Below are positions 19,531 through 28,600 of a stretch of 64,000 bases of DNA, one piece after another. Source of the stretch: Bryobacterales bacterium (GTDB lineage: Bacteria; Acidobacteriota; Terriglobia; Bryobacterales; UBA6623). The stretch covers positions 141,285 through 205,284 of the forward strand of contig CBDCTD010000001.1 of the NCBI GenBank assembly GCA_965222095.1, given 5' to 3'. Both the position numbers and the translations under genes were made by a program. The stretch's first letter is position 1. Each line of letters opens with the position of its first letter. The notes under the pieces are model-generated. The model was not told the origin of the DNA. It saw only the letters and a program-made list of their open reading frames with translations, and ran no database searches.

Positions 19531-20568
19531 ATGGAAAGACCATTTCGCGTAGGCATCAACTCCGACTGGGAGGCAGTCGCCGCCGAAGGTTTCCGGCAGG
19601 CTGCCGCCGAGGTTCTTGATCCCCTCCCAGGCCTGGAATGCGACTACATGGAGGATCACGGCAACACTGCGATTCCCGATGTCCTCAACCAATATGACGC
19701 AGTCGTCGTCTTCACTCACCGTTTTCCTGTGGAAAGTTTCCGCGGTACAAAGCGGCTGGCCTGCATCTCGCGTTGGGGCGTTGGTTTCGACCGAATCGAC
19801 ATCGAGGCTTCCACCGAGGCAAACGTTGCAGTGACGTTGACGGCGCTGGGCGTTCGACGGCACGTGGCCGAAGGTATCATGGCACTTATCTTCGCGCTGG
19901 CGAAAAACATCCGGCGGCTGGATCAAGACACACGGGCCGGCCGTTGGCGAGAAGGCCGCCATGGCGAGGCGGTTTCGATCCGGGGCTATACACTCGGCTC
20001 GGTTGGCGTCGGCGGCATAGCGAGTGAGATGTTCCGGATGGCACGAGGTCTCGGCTTCGGCCGGCTATTGGGGCATGACCCCTACGTTTCGACCGATCAA
20101 GCAGCCGAGTTGGGGGTCGAGTTAGTGGACCTCGACACCGTCATGCGAGAAAGCGACTTCGTAGCCGTCAACACGCCGCTCAACACGGAAACGCGGGGCT
20201 TGATCGGCGCCCACGAACTCGCCCTGATGAAACCCTCGGCCTATCTCGTCAACACCTGCCGTGGGCCTGTAGTCAACGAGGCGGCGCTGATTGACGTACT
20301 TCAAGGGCAGCGTATCGCCGGCGCCGGCTTGGATGTTTTCGAACAGGAACCTACCCCGGCGGACAACCCCCTATTCCAGCTTGATAACGTCGTCTTGACG
20401 CCCCACTCCATCGCGACCACGCGAGAGTGTATTCGGGACGTCAGCCTAGAGGCATGCGAAAACGTTCGGGCGATATATGAAGGCAGGTTGCCGCCTTTCT
20501 TAGCCAACCCGAAAGTCGCCGATCGCCCGGGAATGAAGGCCAAACTGGCAGCTTGGAGGAAGCAATGA
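19531..20568 (+). CDS. D-isomer-specific 2-hydroxyacid dehydrogenase family, NAD-binding
   Basis: GYTLGSVGVGGIASEM (GxGxxG), LVNTCRGPVVNEAAL, GAGLDVFEQEP, LTPHSIA. Confidence 0.85.
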   Translation: MERPFRVGINSDWEAVAAEGFRQAAAEVLDPLPGLECDYMEDHGNTAIPDVLNQYDAVVVFTHRFPVESFRGTKRLACISRWGVGFDRIDIEASTEANVAVTLTALGVRRHVAEGIMALIFALAKNIRRLDQDTRAGRWREGRHGEAVSIRGYTLGSVGVGGIASEMFRMARGLGFGRLLGHDPYVSTDQAAELGVELVDLDTVMRESDFVAVNTPLNTETRGLIGAHELALMKPSAYLVNTCRGPVVNEAALIDVLQGQRIAGAGLDVFEQEPTPADNPLFQLDNVVLTPHSIATTRECIRDVSLEACENVRAIYEGRLPPFLANPKVADRPGMKAKLAAWRKQ

Positions 20569-21335
20569 GGATAAACCGCATCCGGCAGCTGCGTGCCGAA
20601 GGGAAGATTCCCATTGGGCACATGATCAGCGAATTCGCCACCCGTGGAGTTGCCAAGATCACCGAAGCCGCTGGAGTTGACTTCGTGATCATCGACATGG
20701 AGCACAGTGCCATCGGCATCGAGACGGTGGCGGACCTGGTGGCCTGGTTCAGAGCAACTCCGGTGACACCGATGGTGCGGATTCCCGACACCGAATACCA
20801 CTTCATCGCCCGCGCGCTTGACGCCGGAGCGCTGGGAATCATGGTGCCGCGGGTCGAGACGCCCGAGCAAGCGCAACGAGCTGTCGAAGCAGCCCGCTAT
20901 CCCCCCGAAGGCCGCCGCGGCCTCGCCATCGGGTTGGCCGTGACGGACTACGTCTATACGTCGCCGGCCGAGTACATGCCCGAGGCGAATAAAAACAACC
21001 TCGTGATGTGCCAAATCGAAACCCAGACGGGTCTCGATAACGTGGACGCCATCGCGGCGCTCGACGGTGTCGACGTTCTCTTTCTTGGCCAACAGGATCT
21101 TTCGCACTCTATGGGCATCGTTGCCGAATATCAGCATCCGAGATTTATCGAGGCACTCCGAACGATAACCGCAGCCGCCAAGCGTCACGGAAAGGCCGCT
21201 GCGGCCCAACCTATGAACCCCAGCCAGGCGAAAGAATGGATCGATCTCGGATTCAACGTCATTTCCTGGGGAGCCGATCTGGCCGTCTACGAGCTGGCGT
21301 TGAAGGCGGCTGTCGAGGAGCTGCGGCAGATGTAA
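20553..21335 (+). CDS. HpcH/HpaI family aldolase
   Basis: DFVIIDMEHSAI, MVRIP, IMVPRVETPEQA, YPPEGRRG and QIETQTGLDNVDAI match the class II aldolase HpcH/HpaI pattern. Confidence 0.85.
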   Translation: MEEAMRINRIRQLRAEGKIPIGHMISEFATRGVAKITEAAGVDFVIIDMEHSAIGIETVADLVAWFRATPVTPMVRIPDTEYHFIARALDAGALGIMVPRVETPEQAQRAVEAARYPPEGRRGLAIGLAVTDYVYTSPAEYMPEANKNNLVMCQIETQTGLDNVDAIAALDGVDVLFLGQQDLSHSMGIVAEYQHPRFIEALRTITAAAKRHGKAAAAQPMNPSQAKEWIDLGFNVISWGADLAVYELALKAAVEELRQM

Positions 21336-21356
21336 GACTACCGGCGAGACAAGCCC

Positions 21357-21472
21357 TCGCGAAAACGGGGACAGGCACCCCGGACGGTTCTACGTTCGGG
21401 GGTCCGACACGCGAAAACCTGATCCACCTTCGTGGGGGCGGACGAGGTTTGCTTGGTTGCCTGTCCCCATCC
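21357..21472. repeat. Diverged copy of the palindromic GAAAA-GGGGAC element
   Basis: cgcgaaaacggggacaggcacc (left) pairs with ggttgcctgtccccat (right). It resembles the arms at 6655 and 10760 but lacks the right-arm A/T run. Confidence 0.5.
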
Positions 21473-21621
21473 GTACCCTGTCGCCCTCGGAACCAAACCC
21501 GCTTTTACCAAACAGAGCCGCAGGCGCGAGCCCGCGGGCCGACGCTGGGAGTTCGGCGGGCAACCCCGTGGCTAACCGCGCCGTTGGCAGAAGCGCGATG
21601 CGACGCCTACAATAGCACTAC

Positions 21622-21888
21622 ATGCCCGAGAAGAAGTCCGAAAAGCAAACCAAGGTACCGGCGTTCGAGGAGGGACTCGACCAGCTCGAAAAGATCGTCA
21701 AACAGCTAGAGGATGGGGACTTGCCCCTTGAAAAATCTTTGGAGCTCTTTGAAAAAGGCGTGCGGTTGAGCGAAGCCTGCCGAAAACAGTTGCAGGAGGC
21801 CGAAGGGAAAGTGGAAATCCTGCTCAAGAAGCATGGGCGGGTCGAAGCAAAACCCTTCAACGTCGACGACGGTGAACCCGAAGCGTGA
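21622..21888 (+). CDS. xseB: Exodeoxyribonuclease VII small subunit
   Basis: FEEGLDQLEKIVKQLEDGDLPLEKSLELFEKGVRLSEACRKQL is the XseB signature. Confidence 0.85.
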   Translation: MPEKKSEKQTKVPAFEEGLDQLEKIVKQLEDGDLPLEKSLELFEKGVRLSEACRKQLQEAEGKVEILLKKHGRVEAKPFNVDDGEPEA

Positions 21889-22769
21889 CGCTCGACGAGT
21901 ATCTTTCCGAACACCGCGAGCGGGTAAACCGAACTCTTGACCGGCTCCTTCCTGACGAAACTGACTACCCGCAAACGATCCACCGGGCGATGCGCCACAG
22001 TGTGTTCGCCGGGGGCAAGCGGATTCGGCCACTCCTCGCGATCGCCAGCGCTGAAACCGTGGGCGGAACCGTTTCGGGGATAGAGTCCGCAGCCTGCGCG
22101 GTCGAGCTGATCCACACTTACTCGCTGATCCACGACGACCTTCCGGCCCTCGACGACGACGACTACCGGCGAGGCAAACCGACCTGCCACAAAGCGTTTG
22201 GCGAGGCCACGGCCATCTTGGCCGGTGACGCGCTGCTGACGCTCGCCTTTCAAGTGCTCTCCGAGATGAACGGCATCGGGCCGGACCGAAAAGCCCACAT
22301 CGCGCAGGAGCTTTCGCGCGCGGCGGGCACGGTGGGCGGAATGATCGGCGGACAAGTAGCCGACCTCGAAGCGGAAGGCAAGCCGGTCGAAGAGGAACAG
22401 CTCCACTACATTCATCACTCGAAAACCGGAGCCCTGATTCGCGGCTCCGTTCGTTTGGGTGCTATCTATGCCGGCGCTCCCAAGGATGAGTACGAGTCGC
22501 TGAGCCGCTACGGCGAGCGTATCGGACTGGCTTTTCAGATCGCCGATGACATTCTTGATGTTGTTTCTACTTCGAAGACGCTGGGCAAAACGGTCGGCAA
22601 AGATGCCGCGCAACAGAAGGCGACGTTCCCGGCGCTCTACGGCGTCGACGAGTCCCGCAAGCGCGCGATGAAGTACTTCACACTCGCGTGCGATGAGCTC
22701 GACTCCTTCGGCGACCGGGCCCTCAGATTGCGCCAAATTGCCGACAAGATCGTGAATCGGACGGCATGA
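21885..22769 (+). CDS. ispA: Polyprenyl (farnesyl/geranylgeranyl) diphosphate synthase
   Basis: Two Asp-rich motifs, LIHDDLPALDDDDYRRG and FQIADDILD. The start overlaps the xseB stop. Confidence 0.85.
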   Translation: MTLDEYLSEHRERVNRTLDRLLPDETDYPQTIHRAMRHSVFAGGKRIRPLLAIASAETVGGTVSGIESAACAVELIHTYSLIHDDLPALDDDDYRRGKPTCHKAFGEATAILAGDALLTLAFQVLSEMNGIGPDRKAHIAQELSRAAGTVGGMIGGQVADLEAEGKPVEEEQLHYIHHSKTGALIRGSVRLGAIYAGAPKDEYESLSRYGERIGLAFQIADDILDVVSTSKTLGKTVGKDAAQQKATFPALYGVDESRKRAMKYFTLACDELDSFGDRALRLRQIADKIVNRTA

Positions 22770-23509
22770 AATCCCGTGTGCGCATCGATCGGCTGTTGGT
22801 CGATCGGGGACTTGTTGAGTCTCGGGAAAAGGCGCAGGCTATCGTTATGGCGGGGGAAGTCCTTGCCGACGAGCAGAAGGTCACCAAGCCAGGCCACCAA
22901 GTTGCAATGGAAGCTCGCATTCGATTGCTCGGCGGGACTCCTAAATATGTCAGTCGCGCTGGGGCGAAGCTGGAAGCGGCTTTGGAAGAGTTTTCCGTCG
23001 AAGTCACAGAGAGAATCTGCTTGGATGTCGGCGCCTCGACCGGTGGCTTCACCGACTGCCTGCTCCAGAGGGGCGCTCCGAAGGTATACGCCATCGACGT
23101 CGGCAAGGGGCAGCTGCACTGGAACATTCGCCGGGATCCCCGGGTTGTCATCCGTGAAGGCATCAATGCTCGCTATCTAACCAGCGAGATCGTTCCCGAA
23201 GCGATCGACCTGGCCTGCTGTGATGTGAGCTTCATTTCTGCTACGCTAATCGTCCCCGCAGTGGCCCCTTTGCTCAAGCCCAACGGCGAAGTGATCGTGC
23301 TGGTCAAGCCGCAGTTTGAGGTTGGCAAAGCAGACGTCGGCAAGGGCGGAATCGTTCGTGACCCTGCACTGCATCAGCAAGCGGTAGGAAAGGTCCGGCA
23401 GGCTCTAGAGGATTGCGGATTCGGTCAATTCGAAGAAATGGCGAGCCCGATTCTGGGGGCTGAGGGCAACCAGGAGTTTCTTCTCCACGCGCAGGGAAGG
23501 CTGAGTTGA
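22766..23509 (+). CDS. tlyA: TlyA family rRNA 2'-O-methyltransferase
   Basis: S4-like N-terminus (RIDRLLVDRGLVESREKAQ). SAM motif LDVGASTGGFTDCLL. ISATL block. Confidence 0.85.
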   Translation: MKSRVRIDRLLVDRGLVESREKAQAIVMAGEVLADEQKVTKPGHQVAMEARIRLLGGTPKYVSRAGAKLEAALEEFSVEVTERICLDVGASTGGFTDCLLQRGAPKVYAIDVGKGQLHWNIRRDPRVVIREGINARYLTSEIVPEAIDLACCDVSFISATLIVPAVAPLLKPNGEVIVLVKPQFEVGKADVGKGGIVRDPALHQQAVGKVRQALEDCGFGQFEEMASPILGAEGNQEFLLHAQGRLS

Positions 23510-23510
23510 G

Positions 23511-24365
23511 ATGATTCGCAGAGTCGGAATCGTGTCAAAGCCAGGTAGGGAAGACATTCCCCCGCTCCTAACAAAGCTACTCGCCTGGCTCGACGGGCAC
23601 GGTGTGGAGGCGCGATACGACGTCGAGACCGCGAGCCATCTGGGCCGCGATGGAGGTTTTCGGCGCGAAGAGTTGCCCGAAGGCTTCGACTTAATGATCG
23701 TGCTCGGAGGGGACGGGACGCTTTTGTCGGCCGCGCGAGCCGTCGGGGCGCGTGAAACGCCGATCCTGGCGGTGAACCTTGGTGGACTGGGTTTCATGAT
23801 GACGACCGGCCCGGAAGAGCTCGTACCGCACTTAGAGCGTGTCCTCGCCGGCGACTACTCCGTTCAGTCCCGATCGGTGCTCGAAGCTGAAATCGTTCGG
23901 GGCAGCGAGTCCGTCGGAACCTACAATGCCCTCAACGATGTCGTGATCAACAAGGCCGCTGTGGCCCGATTGCTCGAGCTCGACGCCTTTGTCGACGGGG
24001 ATTTCGTTTGCAGCTATCGCGCGGACGGTCTTGTCATCTCGACCCCAACGGGGTCCACCGCCTATTCGCTTTCGGCGGGCGGTCCCGTCATGTTGCCCTC
24101 CGTCTCGGCTATCTGCGTGACTCCCATCTGTCCGCACACGTTGACCAATCGTCCCGTGCTGGTGTCGGAAGGCTCGACGGTCGAGGCGGTTCTTCGCCGC
24201 GGAGAGGATGCCTACCTAACGGTCGACGGCCAGGTGGGCATCGCCCTCGAGCAGCTCGATCGTATTCGCGCTCGCCGAGCCGATCACAGCGTGAAGGTTA
24301 TCCAGCCTCAACGGGTACGGTTCTTCCAAGTCCTCCGCAGCAAAATGAAGTGGGGCGAGGGGTAG
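23511..24365 (+). CDS. nadK: NAD kinase
   Basis: VLGGDGTLL, NLGGLGF, DGLVISTPTGSTAYSLSAGGP. Confidence 0.9.
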   Translation: MIRRVGIVSKPGREDIPPLLTKLLAWLDGHGVEARYDVETASHLGRDGGFRREELPEGFDLMIVLGGDGTLLSAARAVGARETPILAVNLGGLGFMMTTGPEELVPHLERVLAGDYSVQSRSVLEAEIVRGSESVGTYNALNDVVINKAAVARLLELDAFVDGDFVCSYRADGLVISTPTGSTAYSLSAGGPVMLPSVSAICVTPICPHTLTNRPVLVSEGSTVEAVLRRGEDAYLTVDGQVGIALEQLDRIRARRADHSVKVIQPQRVRFFQVLRSKMKWGEG

Positions 24366-24721
24366 GGGGCCTTTTCCTTTCCGACCACAGTGGACCGCCT
24401 GATCAACCGGCAAGTCCCGAAAATCCCGGGAGCGCGTTGCTGCGTCGCCGTTTTGGCCCAGACCTACGACTTTGTCGGTCCCTACGGAAAACCGAGAAGC
24501 CGCGAGAGCCTCAGTTAACACCGTGGGCCGAGGGCGACGATCGTCCTCATCATGATCGCCTAACTGCCGAAAATACCCAGCTGGGGGGACGGGATCCCGT
24601 ACGACATCTGGCTCGAATTGGGTCTCCGCTCTTGTCCCTTACTGTTCCGATTTCAGAACAAAGACACTGTTTTATCCCCATTGTGTCTTTGTCGCCATAT
24701 CGTAAATCAGATAGCGTAGCT

Positions 24722-24967
24722 ATGGATCCGTTTGATGACCTCCCGCGAGGCGAGCCTCTTACGCTGAAGGAACGTCTGTCCGCCCATTTGGCGTCCCAGG
24801 GCTTTACAAACGCAGAAATCGCCGAAAAACTCGAAACGACAGAGCCGGTAGTGGCGGGCTACATCAGCCGCGCTGTTGAAAAACTGGGGGTTACTGACCG
24901 TCTAGATCTCATGAATTACGTTGCCCTCCACGGAATTAAATCGTCCCAGGCCAGGTCTAAGACCTGA
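24722..24967 (+). CDS. Small LuxR-type HTH protein (81 aa)
   Basis: LTLKERLSAHLASQGFTNAEIAEKLETTEPVVAGYISRAVEKLGV is a LuxR/GerE HTH. This is only the C-terminal part of track ORF 24008..24967; the upstream part overlaps nadK out of frame. Confidence 0.6.
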   Translation: MDPFDDLPRGEPLTLKERLSAHLASQGFTNAEIAEKLETTEPVVAGYISRAVEKLGVTDRLDLMNYVALHGIKSSQARSKT

Positions 24968-25039
24968 GAGATGATCCGGCTTTATGGCTAGACACGGGGA
25001 CAAAACCGTGGCCACAATAACACAAGAGCTCCGATAAAT

Positions 25040-26425
25040 TCAGTTGCTTTTAGCGGTCGCCGCCTCCGGAACCCGAAGCACTCGCAACGCGCCGCCTTCC
25101 GGATAGGCGAAGAACTCCGTTCCCAAGAACTGTATCTGCAGGAACCGCTTCTCGTGCCCCAAGTGCCGGCGAAACACTTCGTCACCATCCGAAACTCGGA
25201 AAATGTAGACCGCATCGCGGACCACATCGTGTTCGCAATAGGTGCAGGAGGTGCTAACCGCGATCAATCGCCCCTCGGGGTCGACCGCGACCGAATGGAT
25301 TTTCCGCCCCCTTAGATCCTGGTGGCTCCCTGATTCCGCGCGCATGGTCCAAACGATGGCGTCCGAACCATCTTCGTCGGATTCTCCCCAGGCCACCCAA
25401 CCGTCGGCGACTCGTCGAAACTGACGGTCGAGTGCCGCAGCACCCTGGGGAGCGACAGGGCCCCAGAGGAGGTTACCCTCGAGATCCAGGCCCAGAAACT
25501 CGTAGAGGCCTCTCTGCAGCATGATCTCCTGCTGATCCACGTTGAAGCCGAGCAAACGGTAAGAGAGGTAGGTATTGTCCAGAGACTCGAAATCTGCCGT
25601 CATCTCTTCGCCGGTTGGCAGGGATCGCATGACAACTCTCGGAAAGGTCTTCTCCGACTCGCTGTGGGGAAGCTCGAGCCAGCCCACCCACTCTCCTTCA
25701 TCTGAGAGGACCGGCGGGTTCCCGTCAGGCTGCCGAGGCCAGGCAAGCGGCCGCAGCTCGCTTCCGGGACCGGGCCAATACCACCATGACGTGCGCCAGT
25801 CAGGCCGCGTCTTCGTAACGTAAAGCATTCGACCGTTCTCGGCACCGTAAGCGATGTGCGGATACTCGCCGATGTCGAAGCTCACCTCGGTGACTTCGCA
25901 GCCAGGCATTTGCAGAAGGGCGTACTCATCCCCGCCCGGCCGGCGAAGCCAAGCCTGTCCCGCTTTTTCGAGCGACATGTTCAGGGGCCGCGCCGCGGGT
26001 GAGACTTTGTAGCCGGACAGCGTACATTCGGCTTCCCAATCGGCTTGTTCCCGGGCACTCTCGGCTTCGATGGGAAAAGGGGGAGGAAACCGTCCTCCGT
26101 GCGCTACGTTCAATGTAACGACAAAAACCGGGACGGAGGCGACCAGGGCCATGAAGGCCGGCCAGTTCGGTCGGCGAACGAGCCAGTACAACAGCAGCGC
26201 AGCCACAACCTGCAGAACCAGCGCAAGGGCTAGGTCCCCGGCGAACCAGCCCGCCGCGGGGCCGCCGGGATACCTATCGATCTCCTCGAGCAGCAGCGGT
26301 CCCCACGGACGATGGGTGAAGTGTCTCCCGAATACCGGGAGGAGGTAGGTGGCGAAAGACCCCACGAGGCCGACTAAGTATGCCGGCGCTCTTCGGCTGA
26401 TCGCCGGCTTCGGTTTCGTCGTCAT
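25040..26425 (-). CDS. Hypothetical membrane-anchored protein with a beta-propeller-like C-terminal region
   Basis: 461-aa ORF. About 4 N-terminal hydrophobic helices, then a W/G/D-rich soluble region. No specific family recognised. Confidence 0.55.
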   Translation of the reverse strand: MTTKPKPAISRRAPAYLVGLVGSFATYLLPVFGRHFTHRPWGPLLLEEIDRYPGGPAAGWFAGDLALALVLQVVAALLLYWLVRRPNWPAFMALVASVPVFVVTLNVAHGGRFPPPFPIEAESAREQADWEAECTLSGYKVSPAARPLNMSLEKAGQAWLRRPGGDEYALLQMPGCEVTEVSFDIGEYPHIAYGAENGRMLYVTKTRPDWRTSWWYWPGPGSELRPLAWPRQPDGNPPVLSDEGEWVGWLELPHSESEKTFPRVVMRSLPTGEEMTADFESLDNTYLSYRLLGFNVDQQEIMLQRGLYEFLGLDLEGNLLWGPVAPQGAAALDRQFRRVADGWVAWGESDEDGSDAIVWTMRAESGSHQDLRGRKIHSVAVDPEGRLIAVSTSCTYCEHDVVRDAVYIFRVSDGDEVFRRHLGHEKRFLQIQFLGTEFFAYPEGGALRVLRVPEAATAKSN

Positions 26426-26710
26426 GCTAGGGGATTTTTGGACAGTTCTTGGCTGTTTACCTTACTACCTCGCCTTGCGCCGGTTACCGCAGGTCCGGCG
26501 GGTCGGGTCACTTAGTCGGAGATATGTGGTTGATTTCGTTAGGATTTGTGATGCCCCTTGGGGACCAAACAAGTACCGGTACCACTGTACCAGCCGCGAG
26601 AGAACAAAAAAGGCACCTCTAGGTAATTGGCAAGGACGTATGCAATGAGAGATGCTTAAGGGCGGGGGGATTAGCATATGTCCTTAATTAGCGAGAGAGG
26701 AGAAAGAACT

Positions 26711-26899
26711 ATGGCCAAGATGTATCGGTTTATACACGCTCTCAGTCGCGATGAACGGGCACAGGATATGGTGGAGTACGCACTGTTAGCTGGGTTCATT
26801 GCCGTAGCAGCCGGAGCGCTTCTGCCGCCGATAGCAGACAGCATCAGCATCATCTTCAGCAAGATGAGGAGTCTAGTTAACAACGCCGCCGCGCAATAG
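26711..26899 (+). CDS. flp: Flp family type IVb pilin
   Basis: The ATG at 26711 is preceded by AGGAGA at 7-nt spacing. MAKMYRFIHALSRDERAQDMVEYALLAGFIAVAAGALL carries the Flp motif (xxxxEYALLAxxIAV). Confidence 0.8.
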   Translation: MAKMYRFIHALSRDERAQDMVEYALLAGFIAVAAGALLPPIADSISIIFSKMRSLVNNAAAQ

Positions 26900-26982
26900 T
26901 GGAGATCCCGCTTGAGACTCTCGGGCGCTGCTCCTGAAAGTCTTTGCGGCCAGTAGCGACCTCCCCCACCGAGCCCCGGCTC

Positions 26983-28302
26983 CTAAAGCCAGCCGCAGAA
27001 ACCGCCATCCAGGCACATGTGTACCCGTAGGTCTTCGGGCTTGTGGAATTTTGTCCACTTCAGGCCGTTGACCAACAGGCCGGTGGCCCAAGCCTCGCTG
27101 TCGAGACTGGACGGGGCGACGACCGAGACGGATTGGGCGCCTGTGAGTGCCATCCCCGTGCGCGGGTCGAGGACATGGCTGTAGCGCTTGCCATTGGCCT
27201 CGAAAAACTTCTCGTACGAACCCGAAGTCGAAAGAGATTGGTCTTTGAGGTGGACCTCCGCGGACCTCGAACCCGGTTCATCCGGATCACGGATTCTGAC
27301 ATACCAGCCTCGCGGCTCGCTTGGTGGAGATCCCATCCCGTAAAAGCTACTGCTGCAGGCGTTGACGAGAGCGACTTGGACGCCGGCCTGGCGCAGGACT
27401 TGAACCATACGATCAACGGCGTAGCCCTTGCCGATTCCGCCTGGGTCCAGGCGAACACCCGGTCGGCGAAAGTACACCGTTTGTTGCGCCTCATCCACCA
27501 CGAGGTGGTGATAGCCGACGTTGAGGAGCGCCCTTCGGATCTCTTCTTTGTGAGGAACGCGGCCCGCTCCGTCGGCGAACCCCCAAAGTGCCATCAGAGG
27601 CCCCACGGTGATGTCGAAGCCCCCGTCACTTAAGCGGCTATACTCTCGACACCGGGCCAGGAGCGCTGCCATCTCTCCCGAAAGCTTTTCAGGCCTTGAA
27701 GGCGAGAGGCGGTTGACGCGACTCAATTCGCTATCCGCCTTGTAGTGGCTCAGCCAATTGTCGATCCGCTCGAGCTCTTCAAATGCAGCCTGGACAGCGG
27801 AGGCGAGGTGGCGGCGCTGGTCGCCGTAGGCAGTGACCGTATATGTACATCCCATAGCCGAGGTGCTGGCTTCGTAGCGCTCCTGGGGCAAGCCGCCGCC
27901 GATGCCACTGCCCGCCCCGCAGAGTAGTGAGACCAACAGGATGCGGGCGGTCGAAGAACCGGCGCGTTTTCGAATGCGTTGGAGAAGGGTCTCTACTCGC
28001 TCGGCGTTTTTGTTGCCCCGGTCTTCTAAGAACAGCAGCTCCGGGGTGTGCCGCAACTCCATTCTTTGCGCCAAACTGTGGCGAAAATAGCCGCGCGCCC
28101 GGTGCAGCGCTCGCAAAACCTCTTTGGCGGGCGGACCATCAGGGCGAAGATGAAAGAACACCTGAGCGCGTTGCAGGTCAGAGGAGACCTTGACATGGGT
28201 CACAGAGACTGTGACCAGACGAGGATCGCCTGACTGGACAACGATATCGCTAATCTCGTGGATCAGTTGTTCCGCGATTCTCGCAACCCGGGTCGTGTTC
28301 AT
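26983..28302 (-). CDS. rbfA: In-frame fusion of ribosome-binding factor A (N-terminal, about 120 aa) and the FAD:protein FMN transferase ApbE
   Basis: A single 439-aa ORF with no stop. RbfA part: RVARIAEQLIHEISDIV...VTHVKVSSDLQRAQVFF...RHTPELLFLEDRG. Then a hydrophobic linker, ARILLVSLLCGAGSG. Then ApbE blocks: AMGCTYTVTAYG, GGIGKGYAVDRM, SLSTSGSYEKFF. Confidence 0.75.
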   Translation of the reverse strand: MNTTRVARIAEQLIHEISDIVVQSGDPRLVTVSVTHVKVSSDLQRAQVFFHLRPDGPPAKEVLRALHRARGYFRHSLAQRMELRHTPELLFLEDRGNKNAERVETLLQRIRKRAGSSTARILLVSLLCGAGSGIGGGLPQERYEASTSAMGCTYTVTAYGDQRRHLASAVQAAFEELERIDNWLSHYKADSELSRVNRLSPSRPEKLSGEMAALLARCREYSRLSDGGFDITVGPLMALWGFADGAGRVPHKEEIRRALLNVGYHHLVVDEAQQTVYFRRPGVRLDPGGIGKGYAVDRMVQVLRQAGVQVALVNACSSSFYGMGSPPSEPRGWYVRIRDPDEPGSRSAEVHLKDQSLSTSGSYEKFFEANGKRYSHVLDPRTGMALTGAQSVSVVAPSSLDSEAWATGLLVNGLKWTKFHKPEDLRVHMCLDGGFCGWL

Positions 28303-28306
28303 CAGG

Positions 28307-28591
28307 CTAGAGAAACTCGATCTCCGATGAAGCTAAGTCCGCACCAAGCAGGCGTGCAGCCTCCTGCTCGACGCGCTCAAGCACTTCCTGAGCGTGCGCC
28401 TCGGTCTCTGAAATCGTGACAATGCCCACGACCGAGCGCTGCCACTTCTCTTGAAACTCGATTTCAGCCACTGAAACGTTCGACCGCGGGCGAAGGCGGT
28501 CTTTGAGGGCTCGGAGAACTTTCCGTTTGTCCTTAAGGGAGTGAGAGTGGGAAATATGGAGATGCAAGGTGAGTATTCCGACGGCCGCCAT
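28307..28591 (-). CDS. DUF503 (YlxP-like) protein
   Basis: LTLHLHISHSHSLKDKRKVLRALKDRL is DUF503-type. It sits in the usual position between infB and rbfA. Confidence 0.8.
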   Translation of the reverse strand: MAAVGILTLHLHISHSHSLKDKRKVLRALKDRLRPRSNVSVAEIEFQEKWQRSVVGIVTISETEAHAQEVLERVEQEAARLLGADLASSEIEFL

Positions 28592-28600
28592 GCGATCTCA

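Noticed and set aside
20301-21209. 302-aa ORF on the minus strand
   Set aside because: It lies entirely antisense to the well-supported 2-hydroxyacid dehydrogenase and HpcH aldolase genes. Its composition is Arg/Gly/His-rich, typical of antisense frames in high-GC DNA, and it has no motif.
21618-22736. 372-aa ORF on the minus strand
   Set aside because: It is antisense to xseB and ispA, both of which carry clear family signatures. This is a GC-driven open frame.
24008-24721. N-terminal 238 aa of track ORF 24008..24967
   Set aside because: It overlaps the nadK 3' end in another frame and then crosses an intergenic stretch. It is Arg/Pro/Ser-rich. Only the last 81 aa (LuxR HTH, own ATG) look real.
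26628-26644. Sigma54-like TGGCA-N-TGCA upstream of flp
   Set aside because: The GG to GC spacing is 11 nt rather than the required 10, and there is no TTGC.
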